From the NCBI GenBank assembly GCA_002269645.1, contig NIVC01000197.1, positions 558,001 through 622,000 on the forward strand: a DNA stretch of 64,000 nucleotides. The letters are read 5' to 3'. The stretch is from Macrostomum lignano (taxonomy: Eukaryota). This document shows positions 24,201-36,974 of this stretch, piece by piece. Position numbers and translations under genes: made by a program. Position 1 is the stretch's first letter, and every line of letters begins with the position of its first letter. A model generated the notes under the pieces. The model was not told the DNA's origin and did no database searches. It was given only the letters and a program-made list of their open reading frames with translations.

Positions 24201-25881
24201 GAGCTACTTGAAACGCACGCCACCGCAGGACGGATCCCCGCGCCGGCCCGCCTGCTTCCCGGGCGTCTTCCTGCGCCAGTTCCTGCCAGCCAGCGTGGAT
24301 CGCCGCTACGATCTGGTGACCTGCGCGCACAGCCTGCTGACTCTGCAGGACGCCGGGCTCCGGGCCGACACTCTGGACACTCTGTGGGCCAAAGTTGAGC
24401 CGGGCGGCGCTCTGGTTATCATCGAATACGGCAACAGGGCCGGATTTGCCGCCGTGGCCGAGGCGCGCCAACACCTGCTGGATAATTATGGCCTGGCCGA
24501 TGCGGACACCGGCCGGCTGTCACCTGTGGACGGCGCTCACATTGTGGCCCCGTGTCCGCACGACTCGCCCTGTCCGAGACTGGCCAAGCGGTGCAGCTTT
24601 CCCAACCAGTGATGAGTGGCAAAATTGTTAATATATGCTTTTTAGCGCACATCTCGCAGTTGTGCGCGATGCTTGCAATCTCCTCCTGAGACCCTAATGA
24701 TAATTTCTTTTCTGTAGCTTTTCTCGATCAATTAGAGAATCGCCTCAATCAATTAGAGAATCGCCTCAATCAATTAGAGAATCGCCTCGATCAATAAAAA
24801 ATCGTCTCAATCAATTAGAGAATCGCCTGAATTAATTAGAGAATCGCCTCGACAAATGAGAATCGCCTCGACAAATGAGAATCGCCCCAATCAATGAGAG
24901 AATCGCCTCAATTAATTAGAGAATCGCCTCGACAAATGAGAATCGCCTCAATCAATGAGAGAATCGCCTCGATCAGTAATAGAATCTTTTCAATCAATTA
25001 GAAAATCGCCTCAATCAGTTAGAGAATCGCCTCAATCAATTAGAGAATCGCCTCAATCAATGAGAGAATCGCCTCAATCAATTAGAGAATCGCCTCAATC
25101 AATGAGAGAATCGCCTCAATCAATGAGAGAATCGCCTCGATCAATAATAGAATCTTTTCAATCAATGAGAGAATCGCCTCAATCAATGAGAGAATCGCCT
25201 CGATCAATAATAGAATCTTTTCAATCAATTAGAGAATCGCCTCAATCAATTAGAGAATATGCAGACTATGCAGTTGGTCAAGCTAAACAACAAAAATACG
25301 AGGTGCTCCACCTAAAGGGTCTATGTATCGAAATGTACAGCTAATGAGACTTTCAAAATCACGAAAAGTCAATCTAAATGCACATACACTAACAGACAGG
25401 CAGACAGGCTCTCTGTAACCATAGCTGTCCCAACTCACTCCCCAGGTACGTACAATTCCGCCTGAGCTCTCAGACGCCGCCGGAAGTGCTAATGGACACC
25501 TTCGCCTACCTAATCGTTGCCAAGGGGTCTCCGGGCGATCTGGCCCTGCCGGCCTGGCCTCGCATTATAGAAACCGGCTCCAGTCGCGTCCGAACCGATT
25601 CGGTTCGCCGACACGGGAAGGACTCGCACGGTCAGGCGCTGGTCGGCCTTTGCCTGCCAAACGGCTCTGCCGGTTGCTACGGGTTCTCGCGCGGCAACAC
25701 GGATCCGGATCTTCTGCTGGTCGCTCACGCCGCCAAAATCGGGGACCGACTGCCTGCGCTGGTGGACTCAGAGACCGGTGAATCGTGCCCAGAGCCGCTG
25801 CCCGAGCCAGACTGGGCGGACGATGAGGGCGAAAGCATTGAGGATCGAGTGGAGGAGAGCACTGGAGCAGTCAGCGGCTGA
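21242..25881 (+). CDS. METTL17: METTL17/RSM22 mitochondrial small-subunit assembly factor, 515 aa: join(21242..21507,22428..22596,23055..23351,24229..24608,25446..25881)
   Basis: Family motifs: RHP....I.LP, YMVARLAPNY, F.PRTLFDYGSGVGT..WA (SAM-binding motif), GVFLRQFLP, YDLV.CAHSL, LVIIEYG..AGF, APCPHDSPCP....CSF, FAYLIVAKG, WPRI, LCLPNG, GDRLP. All four introns are GT-AG and phases are consistent (1548 nt). Confidence 0.93.
21549..22310. repeat. Intronic minisatellite, 21-22 bp unit (CTAGGGTCATGGAAACCTGTCT), METTL17 intron 1
   Basis: Direct reading. Confidence 0.95.
22625..23045. repeat. Intronic minisatellite, 30-bp unit (CTACCCTCCCCCAATCCTAAGTGTCAGCCG), METTL17 intron 2
   Basis: Direct reading; the array ends about 10 nt before the acceptor AG at 23053-23054. 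Confidence 0.95.
23497..24075. repeat. Intronic minisatellite, 21-bp unit containing TTAGGG (GGATTAGGGTTTAATCTACAT), METTL17 intron 3
   Basis: Direct reading. Confidence 0.95.
24724..25256. repeat. Intronic minisatellite, 21-bp unit (TCAATCAATTAGAGAATCGCC), METTL17 intron 4
   Basis: Direct reading. Confidence 0.95.
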
Positions 25882-25954
25882 GGCCCGTTTATACGTCGTA
25901 GTTGCTTATGCATTGAGATTTATTCTATATACTATTGTTGCAAATGTATTCTGT

Positions 25955-26405
25955 CTGTAGTCTATGGGACTGGATTCTGTCTGTAGTCTATGGCACTGGA
26001 TTCTGTGTGTAGTCTATGGCACTGGATTCTGTGTGTAGTCTATGGCACTGGATTCTGTCTGTAGTCTATGGCACTGGATTCTGTGTGTAGTCTATGGAAC
26101 TGGATTCTGTGTGTAGTCTATGGCACTGGATTCTGTCTGTAGTCTATGGCACTGGATTCTGTCTGTAGTCTATGGCACTGGATTCTGTGTGTAGTCTATG
26201 GCACTGGATTCTGTGTGTAGTCTATGGCACTGGATTCTGTCTGTAGTCTATGGCACTGGATTCTGTATGTAGTCTATGGCACTGGATTCTGTGTGTAGTC
26301 TATGGCACTGGATTCTGTCTGTAGTCTATGGCACTGGATTCTGTCTGTAGTCTATGGCACTGGATTCTGTCTGTAGTCTATGGCACTGGATTCTGTCTGT
26401 AGTCT
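25955..26405. repeat. Minisatellite, 26-bp unit (GTAGTCTATGGCACTGGATTCTGTCT), just 3' of METTL17
   Basis: Direct reading. Confidence 0.95.
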
Positions 26406-28569
26406 ACACATGTCAATGGAAAGTCGGTTTTCTATCCAATTAATCTATTCTCAGCTGTTGCTGCATATTTTTCTATCTTTATGTGAATAAATTTTAGTAG
26501 GTAATTTGAAGTGCATTTACCTAATGCCTTGTTGCTGTCCAGCATACATTTATCTTGTTACATCTTCTGAGCACATAAAGTTGCCATCTCTGACTAGTAT
26601 TGCCTGTTCTCCATTTAATCGATTCGCCTAAAAAGTGCACGAATTGAATTTACTTAATCAGGTGGGTAAAATCCATCCAAAGACGAACTATTTAATGGCC
26701 TTTGTGTTGGGTGTATTGATTAACTAATGGGGCTGGTTGGAGTGGACTGAGACCGGCGAAGCGGGTGCGAAATGGTTAAATGAAAAGTTCTAATTATCAA
26801 CTGGTGAGGATTCCAGGCCCGATTCTGGATGTTCCATCCATGTGCCAGCATGAAAGCTGAGCCAATCATTTTCGTTAAGACATGCGCATATAGAGCCAAT
26901 TCATCAAGCATCGATGGACTCTATGTAGTTTATCCTGATTCAGCATTTCAATTCAATGGAGCTAATATTTTAAGACCTATTCGTACCGGTACCTCTATAA
27001 AATGATTTTGGTGTTATGCACTACAGTGACACTCTATGTAAATGTACAATCTGCGCAGTGATCGCTCTCTGTCCTCTCTATCTTTCTGTTTGGCTGCATC
27101 ACGTATCGTGTGAATTGTAGGGCGCGGGGTCCAAGCGAGTGTATTTTTTTAATTCAGGGGTTGAGTGCAGATAAGAACGGGGGGTGGAATGGGCTACAGG
27201 TCAAAAGGGCGACAGTCGCAATATATTTATTAGAATTACAAGTTTACATGTATGATTAAAATTAGGCCTAGAATTGTGCGAGCGTATTTGTTAGATTTGT
27301 TAAAATATACGAGTAGTGGTATGGAATATGCGATCTATTTTATGATTCTTAGCTGACAGTTGAAAAGCTTTATGAATATCAATAGAGCTAAAAGAAAGGC
27401 AGAACATAGCAAACAATGAACATTGAGGCTTCCTTCTGTATCGAAAGCAATAACAATTTTTTGCGCTTAAAATGGAAACTTTTTATTTCCGTAGTGTTTT
27501 TTTCGGAAAAACCTGCCTCGTAAAGTTTTCTAAGAAACGAGGTTTTCCGGTTTTTGATACTTGAGTAGTCCTTAGCTTGGTGCATTAATTTACACGCATG
27601 TAGAATATGCCAATACAAGTCTACAAGTCGCCCTTTTGGTCGGTTCCAGTGGAGTGCTCGACTGAGACTAGTCGAGATTGAATAGCCAATCAGAAGGCAG
27701 CGTGGGATAGAGAAGAATAATAAGACTGAACTATGGAGAGAGGGAGAAAACAAATGAGCTGAAGAAATGACTAAGAATGTCACAAAAAAAGAAAATGTAA
27801 ATTTAACCAAAAACATCATTTGCAGTTAAATGAAGATACGAGAGTATAAAATACGACTGGTTTTATGAAACGAACCAATATAACCAGTTAAAGATAAGCG
27901 AGCTAGCTCGTGTTTAGGGCATTTCTGACTATTTTCCGAGTTATCCAAGATTGGGCAACAGCCAAAACCGCTAATTGGCAGATTGATTGACTTCAACTCA
28001 CTTGCACTGCAATCACACAAGGTTTTCCAGCTCTCGCTCAGGCACACTGGGTCTGTGGTGTATTCAGTAATTGTATTCAGTATTCAGTAATTGCTGCAAC
28101 GATTGTCTGAGCAAATAGCAAAGAGTTGCCAATGCCACCTTAATCTTAGATTCTTTGTCATTCCTGAAAAGCGGTTTTTCGCCGTTTTGACCCGCAGAAC
28201 ACAGATCCAACTAATCCACTATGATCGGCAGCTGTCGCTCAAATTTACGAGTTTGAGCCGTAGCCCTCGTCCAGACCTGCGCCAGAGATTAAAAATGGCG
28301 GGAGCTGCGAAACAGGCGAGGGAAAATCCCGACAGATTTCTGTCAAAAGCTTCCACTCCACTCCGAGGGTCGCCAAGGCATGTGGCTTCTACTTTCATAA
28401 CAGTGTCAGTGCGTTGTGCGCAGAATTATTGAAAATAATGCCTTCCTTACTAAATAATAAGATTTCTTGAGGTAGCGATTAGTAGCCTAAATCAATCTAA
28501 CACTTAGTCTCTATACTCGTATGTACTTTAAAATCGTTTCTGTCTCTAGCCGTTTTAGGGTGTTGACCC

Positions 28570-29206
28570 ATCTAGTCACTCTAGTATCTGACCTATCTAG
28601 TCACTCTAGTGTCTGGCCAATCTAGTCACTCTAGTGTCTGGCCCATCTAGTAACTCTAGTGTCTGACCCATCTAGTAACTCTAGTGTCTGGCCAATCTAG
28701 TCACTCTAGTGTCTGGCCAATCTAGTCACTCTAGTGTCTGGCCAATCTAGTCACTCTAGAGTCTGACCCATCATCTAGTCAATCTAGTGCCTGGCCAATC
28801 TAGTCACTCTAGTGTCTGGCCAATCTAGTCACTCTAGTGTCTGGCCAATCTAGTCACTCTAGTGTCTGGCCAATCTAGTCACTCTAGTGTCTGGCCAATC
28901 TGTCACTCTAGTGTCTGGCCAATCTAGTCACTCTAGTGTCTGGCCAATCTAGTCACTCTAGTGTCTGGCCAATCTAGTCACTCTAGTGTCTGGCCCATCT
29001 AGTCACTCTAGTGTCTGGCCAATCTAGTCACTCTAGTGTCTGGCCAATCTAGTCACTCTAGTGTCTGGCCAATCTAGTCACTCTAGTGTCTGGCCAATCT
29101 AGTCACTCTAGTGTCTGGCCAATCTAGTCACTCTAGTGTCTGGCCAATCTAGTCACTCTAGTGTCTGGCCCATCTAGTCACTCTAGTGTCTGGGCCATCT
29201 AGTCAC
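28570..29206. repeat. Minisatellite, 25-bp unit (TCTAGTCACTCTAGTGTCTGGCCAA)
   Basis: Direct reading. Confidence 0.95.
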
Positions 29207-30016
29207 AGTTTATTTGGCCTTCACGAGCAGGACTCAATCAATGCTAGATAGTGTAATATGTAGAGCTGAGTTGAATAATAGCCGAGTCTTCTAGAGCGCT
29301 CGGATCTCGGCCATTCAACTCATGATCAGTAACATACTTATCATGTAAGTATGTGATAATGTATTTGCCCAGCACAGCTAGATATCATTATTTCACACTT
29401 ATTTTTTTGCTAACGCAAAGACACGGAGGGGTAGATCGATAATAAACGAGGGAAATCAGTCACATGATGAAATCTGTACTCAAGGGTAAAAGTACATCGA
29501 GAAGCAACTGTAAAATAATGGGCCAAAACAAATTGCCATTTTGTCCGGCCGGGTGAAGGTAGATCAATGATATGCTCAGTCATTTTTTGAATAGTAGCCA
29601 CTTTAGTTTTACAATCAGCTGTTAAACGCCGACTTTTCATAGCAGCACTGATAAGCGACTCCATTGGGTGTACATTTAGCAGTGCAGACCAACTTTTGTT
29701 TGGTCTCGTGCAACCGAAGTTTTTTCGTTAGCTACTCGTAATTGATTGAGACCCCAGGAGGCGGGGTTAGTTGGAAAACTGACTCGAATTATTGTAATTT
29801 ATTTGCAAATAGTCTCGTTTCTATGCAAATAAGTTTGCTATAATTAGATTTACAAAATATGAGCTGCACAGAAGCTATAGTCATTAGTCAACCTCCCTGA
29901 TGATGGTCTGGAGTTTGCTAGTCGCTAACTTGGGCTGTATTAACGATGCACTGGTAGAACCGTGTTTAGCAGGGCGATTTATTGGACTCCGTCAGGATTA
30001 AATTGGCAACATCTTT

Positions 30017-31046
30017 GCGCTCCTGTGTCTCATTTGCGCTCCGGTGTCTCCGTGCGCTCCTGTGTCTGTGCGCTCCTGTGTCTCCGTGCGCTCCTGTGTC
30101 TGTGCGCTCCTGTGTCTCCCTGCGCTCCTGTGTCTCCCTGCGCTCCTGTGTCTCCCTGCGCTCCTGTGTCTGTGCGCTCCTGTGTCTCTGTGCGCTCCTG
30201 TGTCTGTGCGCTCCTGTGTCTCTGTGCGCTCCTGTGTCTCTGTGCGCTCCTGTGTCTCTGTGCGCTCCTGTGTCTCTGTGCGCTCCTGTGTCTCTGTGCG
30301 CTCCTGTGTCTCCCTGCGCTCCTGTGTCTCCCTGCGCTCCTGTGTCTCCCTGCGCTCCTGTGTCTCCCTGCGCTCCTGTGTCTCCCTGCGCTCCTGTGTC
30401 TCCCTGTGCTCCTGTGTCTCCGTGCGCTCCTGTGTCTCCCTGCGCTCCTGTGTCTCCCTGCGCTCCTGTGTCTCCGTGCGCTCCTGTGTCCTCCTGCGCT
30501 CCTGTGTCTCCCTGTGCTCCTGTGTCTCCATGCGCTCCTGTGTCTCCCTGTGCTCCTGTGTCTCCCTGCGCTCCTGTGTCTCCCTGCGCTCCTGTGTCTC
30601 TGTGCGCTCCTGTGTCTCCCTGCGCTCCTGTGTCTCCCTGCGCTCCTGTGTCTCCCTGCGCTCCTGTGTCTCGCTGCGCTCCTGTGTCTCCCTGCGCTCC
30701 TGTGTCTCCCTGCGCTCCTGTGTCTCCCTGCGCTCCTGTGTCTCCCTGCGCTCCTGTGTCTCCCTGCGCTCCTGTGTCTCCCTGCGCTCCTGTGTCTCCC
30801 TGCGCTCATGTGTCTCCCTGCGCTCCTGTGTCTCTGTGCGCTCCTGTGTCTCTGTGCGCTCCTGTGTCTCCCTGCGCTCCTGTGTCTCCCTGCGCTCCTG
30901 TGTCTCCCTGCGCTCCTGTGTCTCCCTGCGCTCCTGTGTCTCCCTGCGCTCCTGTGTCTCCCTGCGCTCCTGTGTCTCCCTGCGCTCCTGTGTCTCCCTG
31001 CGCTCCTGTGTCTCCCTGCGCTCCTGTGTCTCCCTGCGCTCCTGTG
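30017..31046. repeat. Minisatellite, 18-bp unit (GCGCTCCTGTGTCTCCCT)
   Basis: Direct reading. The unit has no stop codon in any frame, which explains the six long overlapping ORFs. Confidence 0.95.
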
Positions 31047-31631
31047 CGATCTCTTTGCGCTCCTTGCACCCTTGACTCTCCACCTGACCTTCGCTTTCTG
31101 TCTGTCTCTGGCAGACTATCGCCTCCTCTGCTCCCTGTCCGTTCTCAATTGAGCGTGAGATGACTCAATCGCAGGAGTATTCTCATAAATTTTTAGATGT
31201 GGCAGATATAGGTTTAAAAGGCCGAAACAATATGCAATAACAGCACTCAAGAAAGCTGGCTTGCTCAGAAATTTAATTCTATTTCCCCTTTTCCGATTAA
31301 AAATTGGAATAATTGGTTGAAAGTATAGCAATCTAACGAAGGTTACAACCACCATTTTGTTTTGAGTCTATTGGCATCAACTAGAGCAAATTATGTACGA
31401 CATTTTAGTAATCAAAGGACAACAATAAAAGTTTTTACGAGTACACATGTTTTGTTGAAATTGTGGAAATATCCAGCAAAAAAGAAAGCGAGCCAACAAT
31501 CGTCCGTCGTCTGAGAAGCGCATTGTGCAGGGGTTCAAATTTCAAACGCAAACTGTCGAAGATCTGGGGCTTGAGCCAGCGTTACTTTTTTCTTGTCAAC
31601 TCCCAACGACCACCAGAAAATTCCGAGAACC

Positions 31632-32075
31632 GAGCAACAACCCCTACAAATGAGCAACAACCCCTACAAATAGCAACAACCCCTACAAATGAGCAACAAC
31701 CCCTACAAATGAGCAACAACCCCTACAAATAGCAACAACCCCTACAAATGAGCAACAACCCCTACAAATAGCAACAACCCCTACAAATAGCAATAACCCC
31801 TACAAATGAGCAATAACCCCTACAAATGATCAACAACCCCTAGAAATGAGCAGCAACCCCTACAAATGATCAACAACCCCTACAAATGAGCAACAACCCC
31901 TACAAATGATCAACAACCCCTACAAATGAGCAACAACCCCTACAAATAGCAACAACCCCTACAAATGACCAACAACCCCTACAAATGATCAACAACCCCT
32001 ACAAATGAGCAACAACCCCTACAAATGATCAAAAACCCCTACAAATGAGCAATAAGCCCTAAAAATGAGCAACAA
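31632..32075. repeat. Minisatellite, 19-20 bp unit (CAACAACCCCTACAAATGAG)
   Basis: Direct reading. Confidence 0.95.
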
Positions 32076-32710
32076 CGATAAAAAGCGATCAACAGTCCCT
32101 AGAAACGATCAGCCCGGAACGACTTAACACATCAGCTTTTAAACAGACTGTCACTATAGGCTGACTAATTTCTGAAAAATGCTTAGGTGACAAAGTGCCA
32201 ACTCAATCCATCCAATAGCTGATTCAAGGTGAAAGAGCTAACTCTACAACATACTCTGCAGTGTTTTATCAATAGGAACGGACGATATCACGCCTTCCCC
32301 CTGAGCAGTTGGGAAATTCGAATGGGGCGGACAGCTGCCTGAAACAGGACGCGATCTTCCAGTCTCGGTGCTTTCTGCTCTTCGCCTCCTCCCCCCACAG
32401 ATCACCTGCCGTTTTGTTCATTAAAAAGCTTCCTGCTCTAACCCTGCTCTCTAATGATGCCTTTGGGTCTATCCACTGAGTCAATGAAGCCTCCCATATA
32501 CAGCCTGGGGGGATCAAATGCTCCAGTCTACTCGTAGCCGAAATCCGCTGTCGGACCTTGCTAGTTCGGCTGTACCCCTCCTCAATCTATGGCCAATGTG
32601 GGCGATCCCAGCTGGCTTAGTTCTGAAACAAATGCTTGATTCTGCCTGCTTGAGTCTGTCTGAACCTGCACGCGATACATGTTAGACGGGGTTTGTTTGT
32701 GCTTGTCTCT

Positions 32711-34462
32711 TTACACCGGCTGTTCCTGACTGTCTCGCCGCGCTGATTCGTCGTCTTTCAGCGCGACTCTGGCCGCCAGCTCGTCGTTGTCTCCTTTATC
32801 CTCCTCGGCGTCGGCCGCCTTCAAGTCGGGCTGGCTGCCGCTGCAGCAGTGGCTCAGCGGGCGCATCTGGCGCACCGAGTTCGGCATGGCGCGGCCTCGC
32901 GTCTCCGGCAGCAGCAGCACCAGCAGGCCGACCAGCGCCGTAGAGCCACCGTACAGCAGGCCGGGCAACGCCGGGTGCCGCGCGGCCAGGACGCCGCCGA
33001 GCTCCGGAGCGAGGAACTGGCCAACCGTCATGATGCTGTAGGCCAAGAACAGCGAGCAGCTGCGCACCTTCGTTGGCAGCACCTCGGCGCCGTACACGTT
33101 CAGCACGCTGTAGGTAACTGTGCTGCTGAACTTGGCCGCCACAGCCAGGCAGCTCTGCACCTGGGTCGCTCCAGGCATGCTGGGTAGCAACGGCATAGTA
33201 ACCAGAGCTACACCTGTCAGGCACATGCTGCCTACTGTTGTCCCCCGCCTGCCCAGCCGGTTAATAAGCGGCCAGGCGACCACGTGGGCTGGCAGCTCCA
33301 GCGCCCCGGCAATGGCCACATTCACGTACGGGTCGCTGGCGATAAAGTCCCGCTGGAAGCAGAGCGCGTGATAGACCAGGTTCGATGTGAAAAAGCTCAA
33401 CGTCACCACAGCCAGCGTGACCAGGTAAACTGGCCGGCAGATGTTGGCCCTGGGGATGCACCTGCACAGTCCGGGCTCCGAGTGGCCCGAGCCGCCGCCG
33501 CACACCAGCTCGTTGTTCTCGAAGCTGAACCGGCTCAGCGCGTCCTCGCAGCCGCTCAGCTGGCAGATTTGGCGCAGGACGCGTCTGGCTCGCTGAGTCT
33601 TGCGCCGGGTCAGCAGCCAGCGCGGCGACTCCGGCAGCAGCGGCGCATAGGCGGCATAGCTCAGCCCGGTGACGCCGACCACCACGGCCAGCTGGAGTCG
33701 CCAGTCGGTCAGCAGGAAGGCCACCCCTGCCGAGCCCATGTAGGCCAGGGTCCATGTGATCCAGAACAGATTGCCGTGCTGGCTGCGGTACTCCTGCGAC
33801 ACGATCTCCGTGATGAGCATGAGGCCCATCAGCTGGGCCGGGTCGCCGCAGCCCATGAAGAAGCGCAGCGCCATCTGCCAGGTCAGGTCGGTCACGAAGA
33901 CGGCAGCCATGCTGCTGGCCAGGTTCAGGTAGCAGAGGGCCAGCAGCACCGGCTTCCGGCCCACCGCGTCACCCAGCGGGCCGAGCAGCGTGGCCAAGCA
34001 GATGCCCAGCTGCAGCACCGTCTGCATCCGGTCGTTAAGGTACTGCCGGTTGCACACCAGCTGGTACTCGCTGAGAATGCTCCGGCCCGGCGCTAGGAAG
34101 GTCCAGGACTCGCACCGGTCGGGATTAGTCTCGTTAGATCCGTGTCCGCCCGTAGCCAATCTGAGCGAGCCATCTAGACTGGCAACAAGGCGCGGTCGGC
34201 TGCATTGGAAGTCCGTGATGTTCACCGGGGACGCCAGGCTATAGTTTGACAGTATTGAACTCCAGGGCACCGGGGCAGCCCCGCTGCCATTGTCCAGCAG
34301 GGCCTCGGCGCAGTGAAACGGCACCTGCGCTGTGGACAGGTTGAGCAGAAACATGTCGAAAGCCGCCTTCATGGACAGGAAGGAGATCATCAGGGTGATG
34401 CCCCAACGGTAGCAGGGCCCCGACTTGGAGATGCTGGACAGCAGCTCTTCGTACAGCATCAT
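32711..34462 (-). CDS. SLC22: SLC22-family organic cation/anion transporter (MFS), 583 aa, intronless CDS
   Basis: Short N-terminal helix then a large Cys-containing loop (C...W.F...SI.SEYQLVC), G.LGDAVGRK, PESPRWLL, RLGRR, AEVLPT.VR, LPETRG, with about 12 hydrophobic segments. An acceptor (TTTCAG) lies about 14 nt upstream of the ATG. Confidence 0.95.
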   Translation of the reverse strand: MMLYEELLSSISKSGPCYRWGITLMISFLSMKAAFDMFLLNLSTAQVPFHCAEALLDNGSGAAPVPWSSILSNYSLASPVNITDFQCSRPRLVASLDGSLRLATGGHGSNETNPDRCESWTFLAPGRSILSEYQLVCNRQYLNDRMQTVLQLGICLATLLGPLGDAVGRKPVLLALCYLNLASSMAAVFVTDLTWQMALRFFMGCGDPAQLMGLMLITEIVSQEYRSQHGNLFWITWTLAYMGSAGVAFLLTDWRLQLAVVVGVTGLSYAAYAPLLPESPRWLLTRRKTQRARRVLRQICQLSGCEDALSRFSFENNELVCGGGSGHSEPGLCRCIPRANICRPVYLVTLAVVTLSFFTSNLVYHALCFQRDFIASDPYVNVAIAGALELPAHVVAWPLINRLGRRGTTVGSMCLTGVALVTMPLLPSMPGATQVQSCLAVAAKFSSTVTYSVLNVYGAEVLPTKVRSCSLFLAYSIMTVGQFLAPELGGVLAARHPALPGLLYGGSTALVGLLVLLLPETRGRAMPNSVRQMRPLSHCCSGSQPDLKAADAEEDKGDNDELAARVALKDDESARRDSQEQPV

Positions 34463-36689
34463 CCTCTTTGCTTAGTCTGAAACGCATGTAGTTTGACAGT
34501 CGGCCGCAGTAATTCTCCAACTCCCCAGGCCAGTGCTGTGCTTGCCAGTGCGTGCCTCAGTCCATTTTTATCCCTAAATGTTCTCCCGCTTAGCAGGTTC
34601 CCCCCCCCAGAGTGCCGCATCCCCCTTTCCCCTTAAGCACTCGGCTTCTGCAGTCCATTGGCTGACTATTAATCGTCTCTCACTCTTAGGCCGGGGCGGC
34701 AATGGGTGAAATTTTCCTGCCCTCCGCTCAGGGACTCCTTCCTTCCTTTCCCGATGCTGAGAGGGATTCGCCTTCTCTTGCCTCCCATTCGTGCACTCTA
34801 AGGCGCGCTACAGGAGTAAGTACAGGATTTGTTCCTGCTTGGGGTATGGAGCCAGCCTTTTTCCCAGGGCCCCGCATGGGAGCGCCCCGGACAAAGTGCA
34901 AGGACCGCTGTAGTATAACAGCACGTAAAACTTAATGATTGTGTGATTTTTGGAGGCCTATTTCCTGGAAAAATCGCACTGTGGATATAACAATATCATT
35001 TTTCATCGGGGCAGTGAAAATTGTCATTCTTTTAATTTAGCATGCACAGCATGTTAATCTGTTGGATTTTATGCAGCCGTGTAGTGAAAGTCTCTTTTTC
35101 ATATTATTCTCTTTTTATTTCATGTGCCCAAGTTGTATGCACTAACTGTTTAAACTGTTTATGTATGTATATGCAGGAACTAATACTAGAAGTGGAATTC
35201 TACCTACAATAATAGCTTAGAGTACCTGCATGCAACATTTTTATTTCAAAATATGTAGTTGATTCAACAAGAAATAAAATATATAAGTCAAGCTAATGCC
35301 ACTTGTGAGTATTTAGAACTTTAGGCTTATAAAATAAAAAGAAAAGAATATGAAAATGAAACTTTCACTACAACCACAGCTATATATTCAATAAAATTGT
35401 AAATGAAAAAACGGTAATCTTCACTGTCTCAGATAAAATGCAGTCATTGTTCATGTCCTGTTTTATGTCCTGTTATACTACAGTGGTCCTTGACAATGTG
35501 CAGACGACACTCCCGGAATAGGCCAGGCGGTCTTAAACCTGAGATCTCGACTTACCGACTAATGGAGACCGACTCCCCTGTTCACCCCAACCGCTCTCCG
35601 TGGAGGCGAAAGCCCCCAATTGCACTGTCCCGGGTTGCGCGCCGTTTCAGATCCAGAAATTCGCCTATCTAAAGGTCATAGGACAAATGCCAGGGCTGTT
35701 CGTGCAGCTGCCATTCAGCTGATTTGTGTAGGGCTTCCAAGCTGAATTTGGTGGTAGATTTGTCAGACCATTCCTTGGGGGAGGACTCGGGGAAGGAGCT
35801 GCTCATCGGTAACCTCTCGCGCTATACGACCCCCTCGGTTTGATTCCGGTTTGATACATTAATATATCCATGGACTATGGGGCCAACCGGCCTCAAGGCG
35901 AATAGAGTGTACATGCCCGCTGTGTGACAAGAAGAGATTCTGAAGTAACAATTGAATGCCACTTATGCACCCAGTTGACTTACTGGCACGGGCGGCGACT
36001 ATCGATATAAAAAGCGGGAGACGGTGGCATAAACAAACAACACAAGGCAGGCATCGATGCGTATTTGAAGCTCAAAAAACGATGCTTGTAGTTGTTACGA
36101 CTGTATGGACTATATTTTTTCTGCTCTGTTACTGAAGCTCTACTCGGACTCGAACTGGATCTGGGAGATAGAGAAAAAATGGGTTGAAAAATTTATGCGG
36201 TCTGGCTTTCACTTGCTGATAATGCTCAGTGCTTGCCCTCGGCCTCACCTAAAATCTTGCTCCGGTTGGGCCATTCACCGAGCTTTTGGCTGATAGTTGA
36301 ATTATGCTGTTCTATTCAAGAAAGGGCCGTGCGTGTATGCAGAGTAGATTACAGAGACTAGCTAACAGCGGAATCGGGTACAGAGAAAGTAAAAATACAA
36401 GATAGCCGATTGCACCGTTTATACTCGTAGATTAAAAGCACAAGCGCAACTTTTCCACGAAAAAGCTGTCAAAAGTTTAAGCATAAGATCACTAAGTCGA
36501 GAGACCGCATCATGCTGCATGCTTTTACTTTCATGATGCTTTTGTCATGTACTGGCGTTTAGTGTCATTTGAATTGGATGAAGCTGAGCTGAGTACGGAA
36601 CAAATCCCCTATTACAAATATCAGAAATCTACCCATGTTTCCGATGTCTGTTGACCTCTCTGGCAAATTTTTACATTGCGTAATAATAA

Positions 36690-36974
36690 TAATTGATTAC
36701 ACCTGTCCAATGGGCAGATGTGCAACCGACAGCTCAGCCGCAGCTATTGCGCGGCGCATCTGAAGGCTGCGTACGGCTGTTCAGTCCAAGGACTGGGGTC
36801 ACCACCCTCAATTACCCCAGCTAATGCTGGCACCCATTTTACAGCTGGGTGAACTGAAGCAATTCAGAGTTAAGTGTCTTGCTCAAGGACACAAATTGTT
36901 CCAGTGGGATCGGGAATCGAACCCCGACCTTCAAGTCGTGAGTCCGACGCTCTAACCACTAGGCTACAACCACC
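36690..36974 (-). mobile_element. tRNA-derived CORE-like SINE, copy 2 (best preserved)
   Basis: Reverse complement starts GGTGGTTGTAGCCTAGTGGTTAGAGCGTCGGACTCACGACTTGAAGGTCGGGGTTCGATTCCC (A box TAGCCTAGTGG, B box GGTTCGATTCC), followed by the same body as copies 1 and 3 and a (TTA)n-like tail. Confidence 0.88.

Noticed and set aside
17425-25881. PNPO-like and METTL17 as a trans-spliced operon
   Set aside because: They are on the same strand about 2 kb apart, but there is no clear acceptor directly upstream of the METTL17 ATG; this cannot be supported without transcript data.
27388-28432. ORFs of 143, 73 and 113 aa
   Set aside because: No recognisable motifs and no convincing exon chain.
29962-31163. 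Six long ORFs (259-396 aa) on both strands
   Set aside because: They result from a stop-free 18-bp repeat unit and are not supported as genes.
32787-34520. Several overlapping ORFs on both strands of the SLC22 gene
   Set aside because: Shadow ORFs of a GC-rich coding sequence with no independent features.
36901-36974. Possible tRNA gene (A and B boxes, CAC-like loop)
   Set aside because: It is the head of a SINE that continues into a CORE-like body and is present three times; the acceptor stem is not intact.
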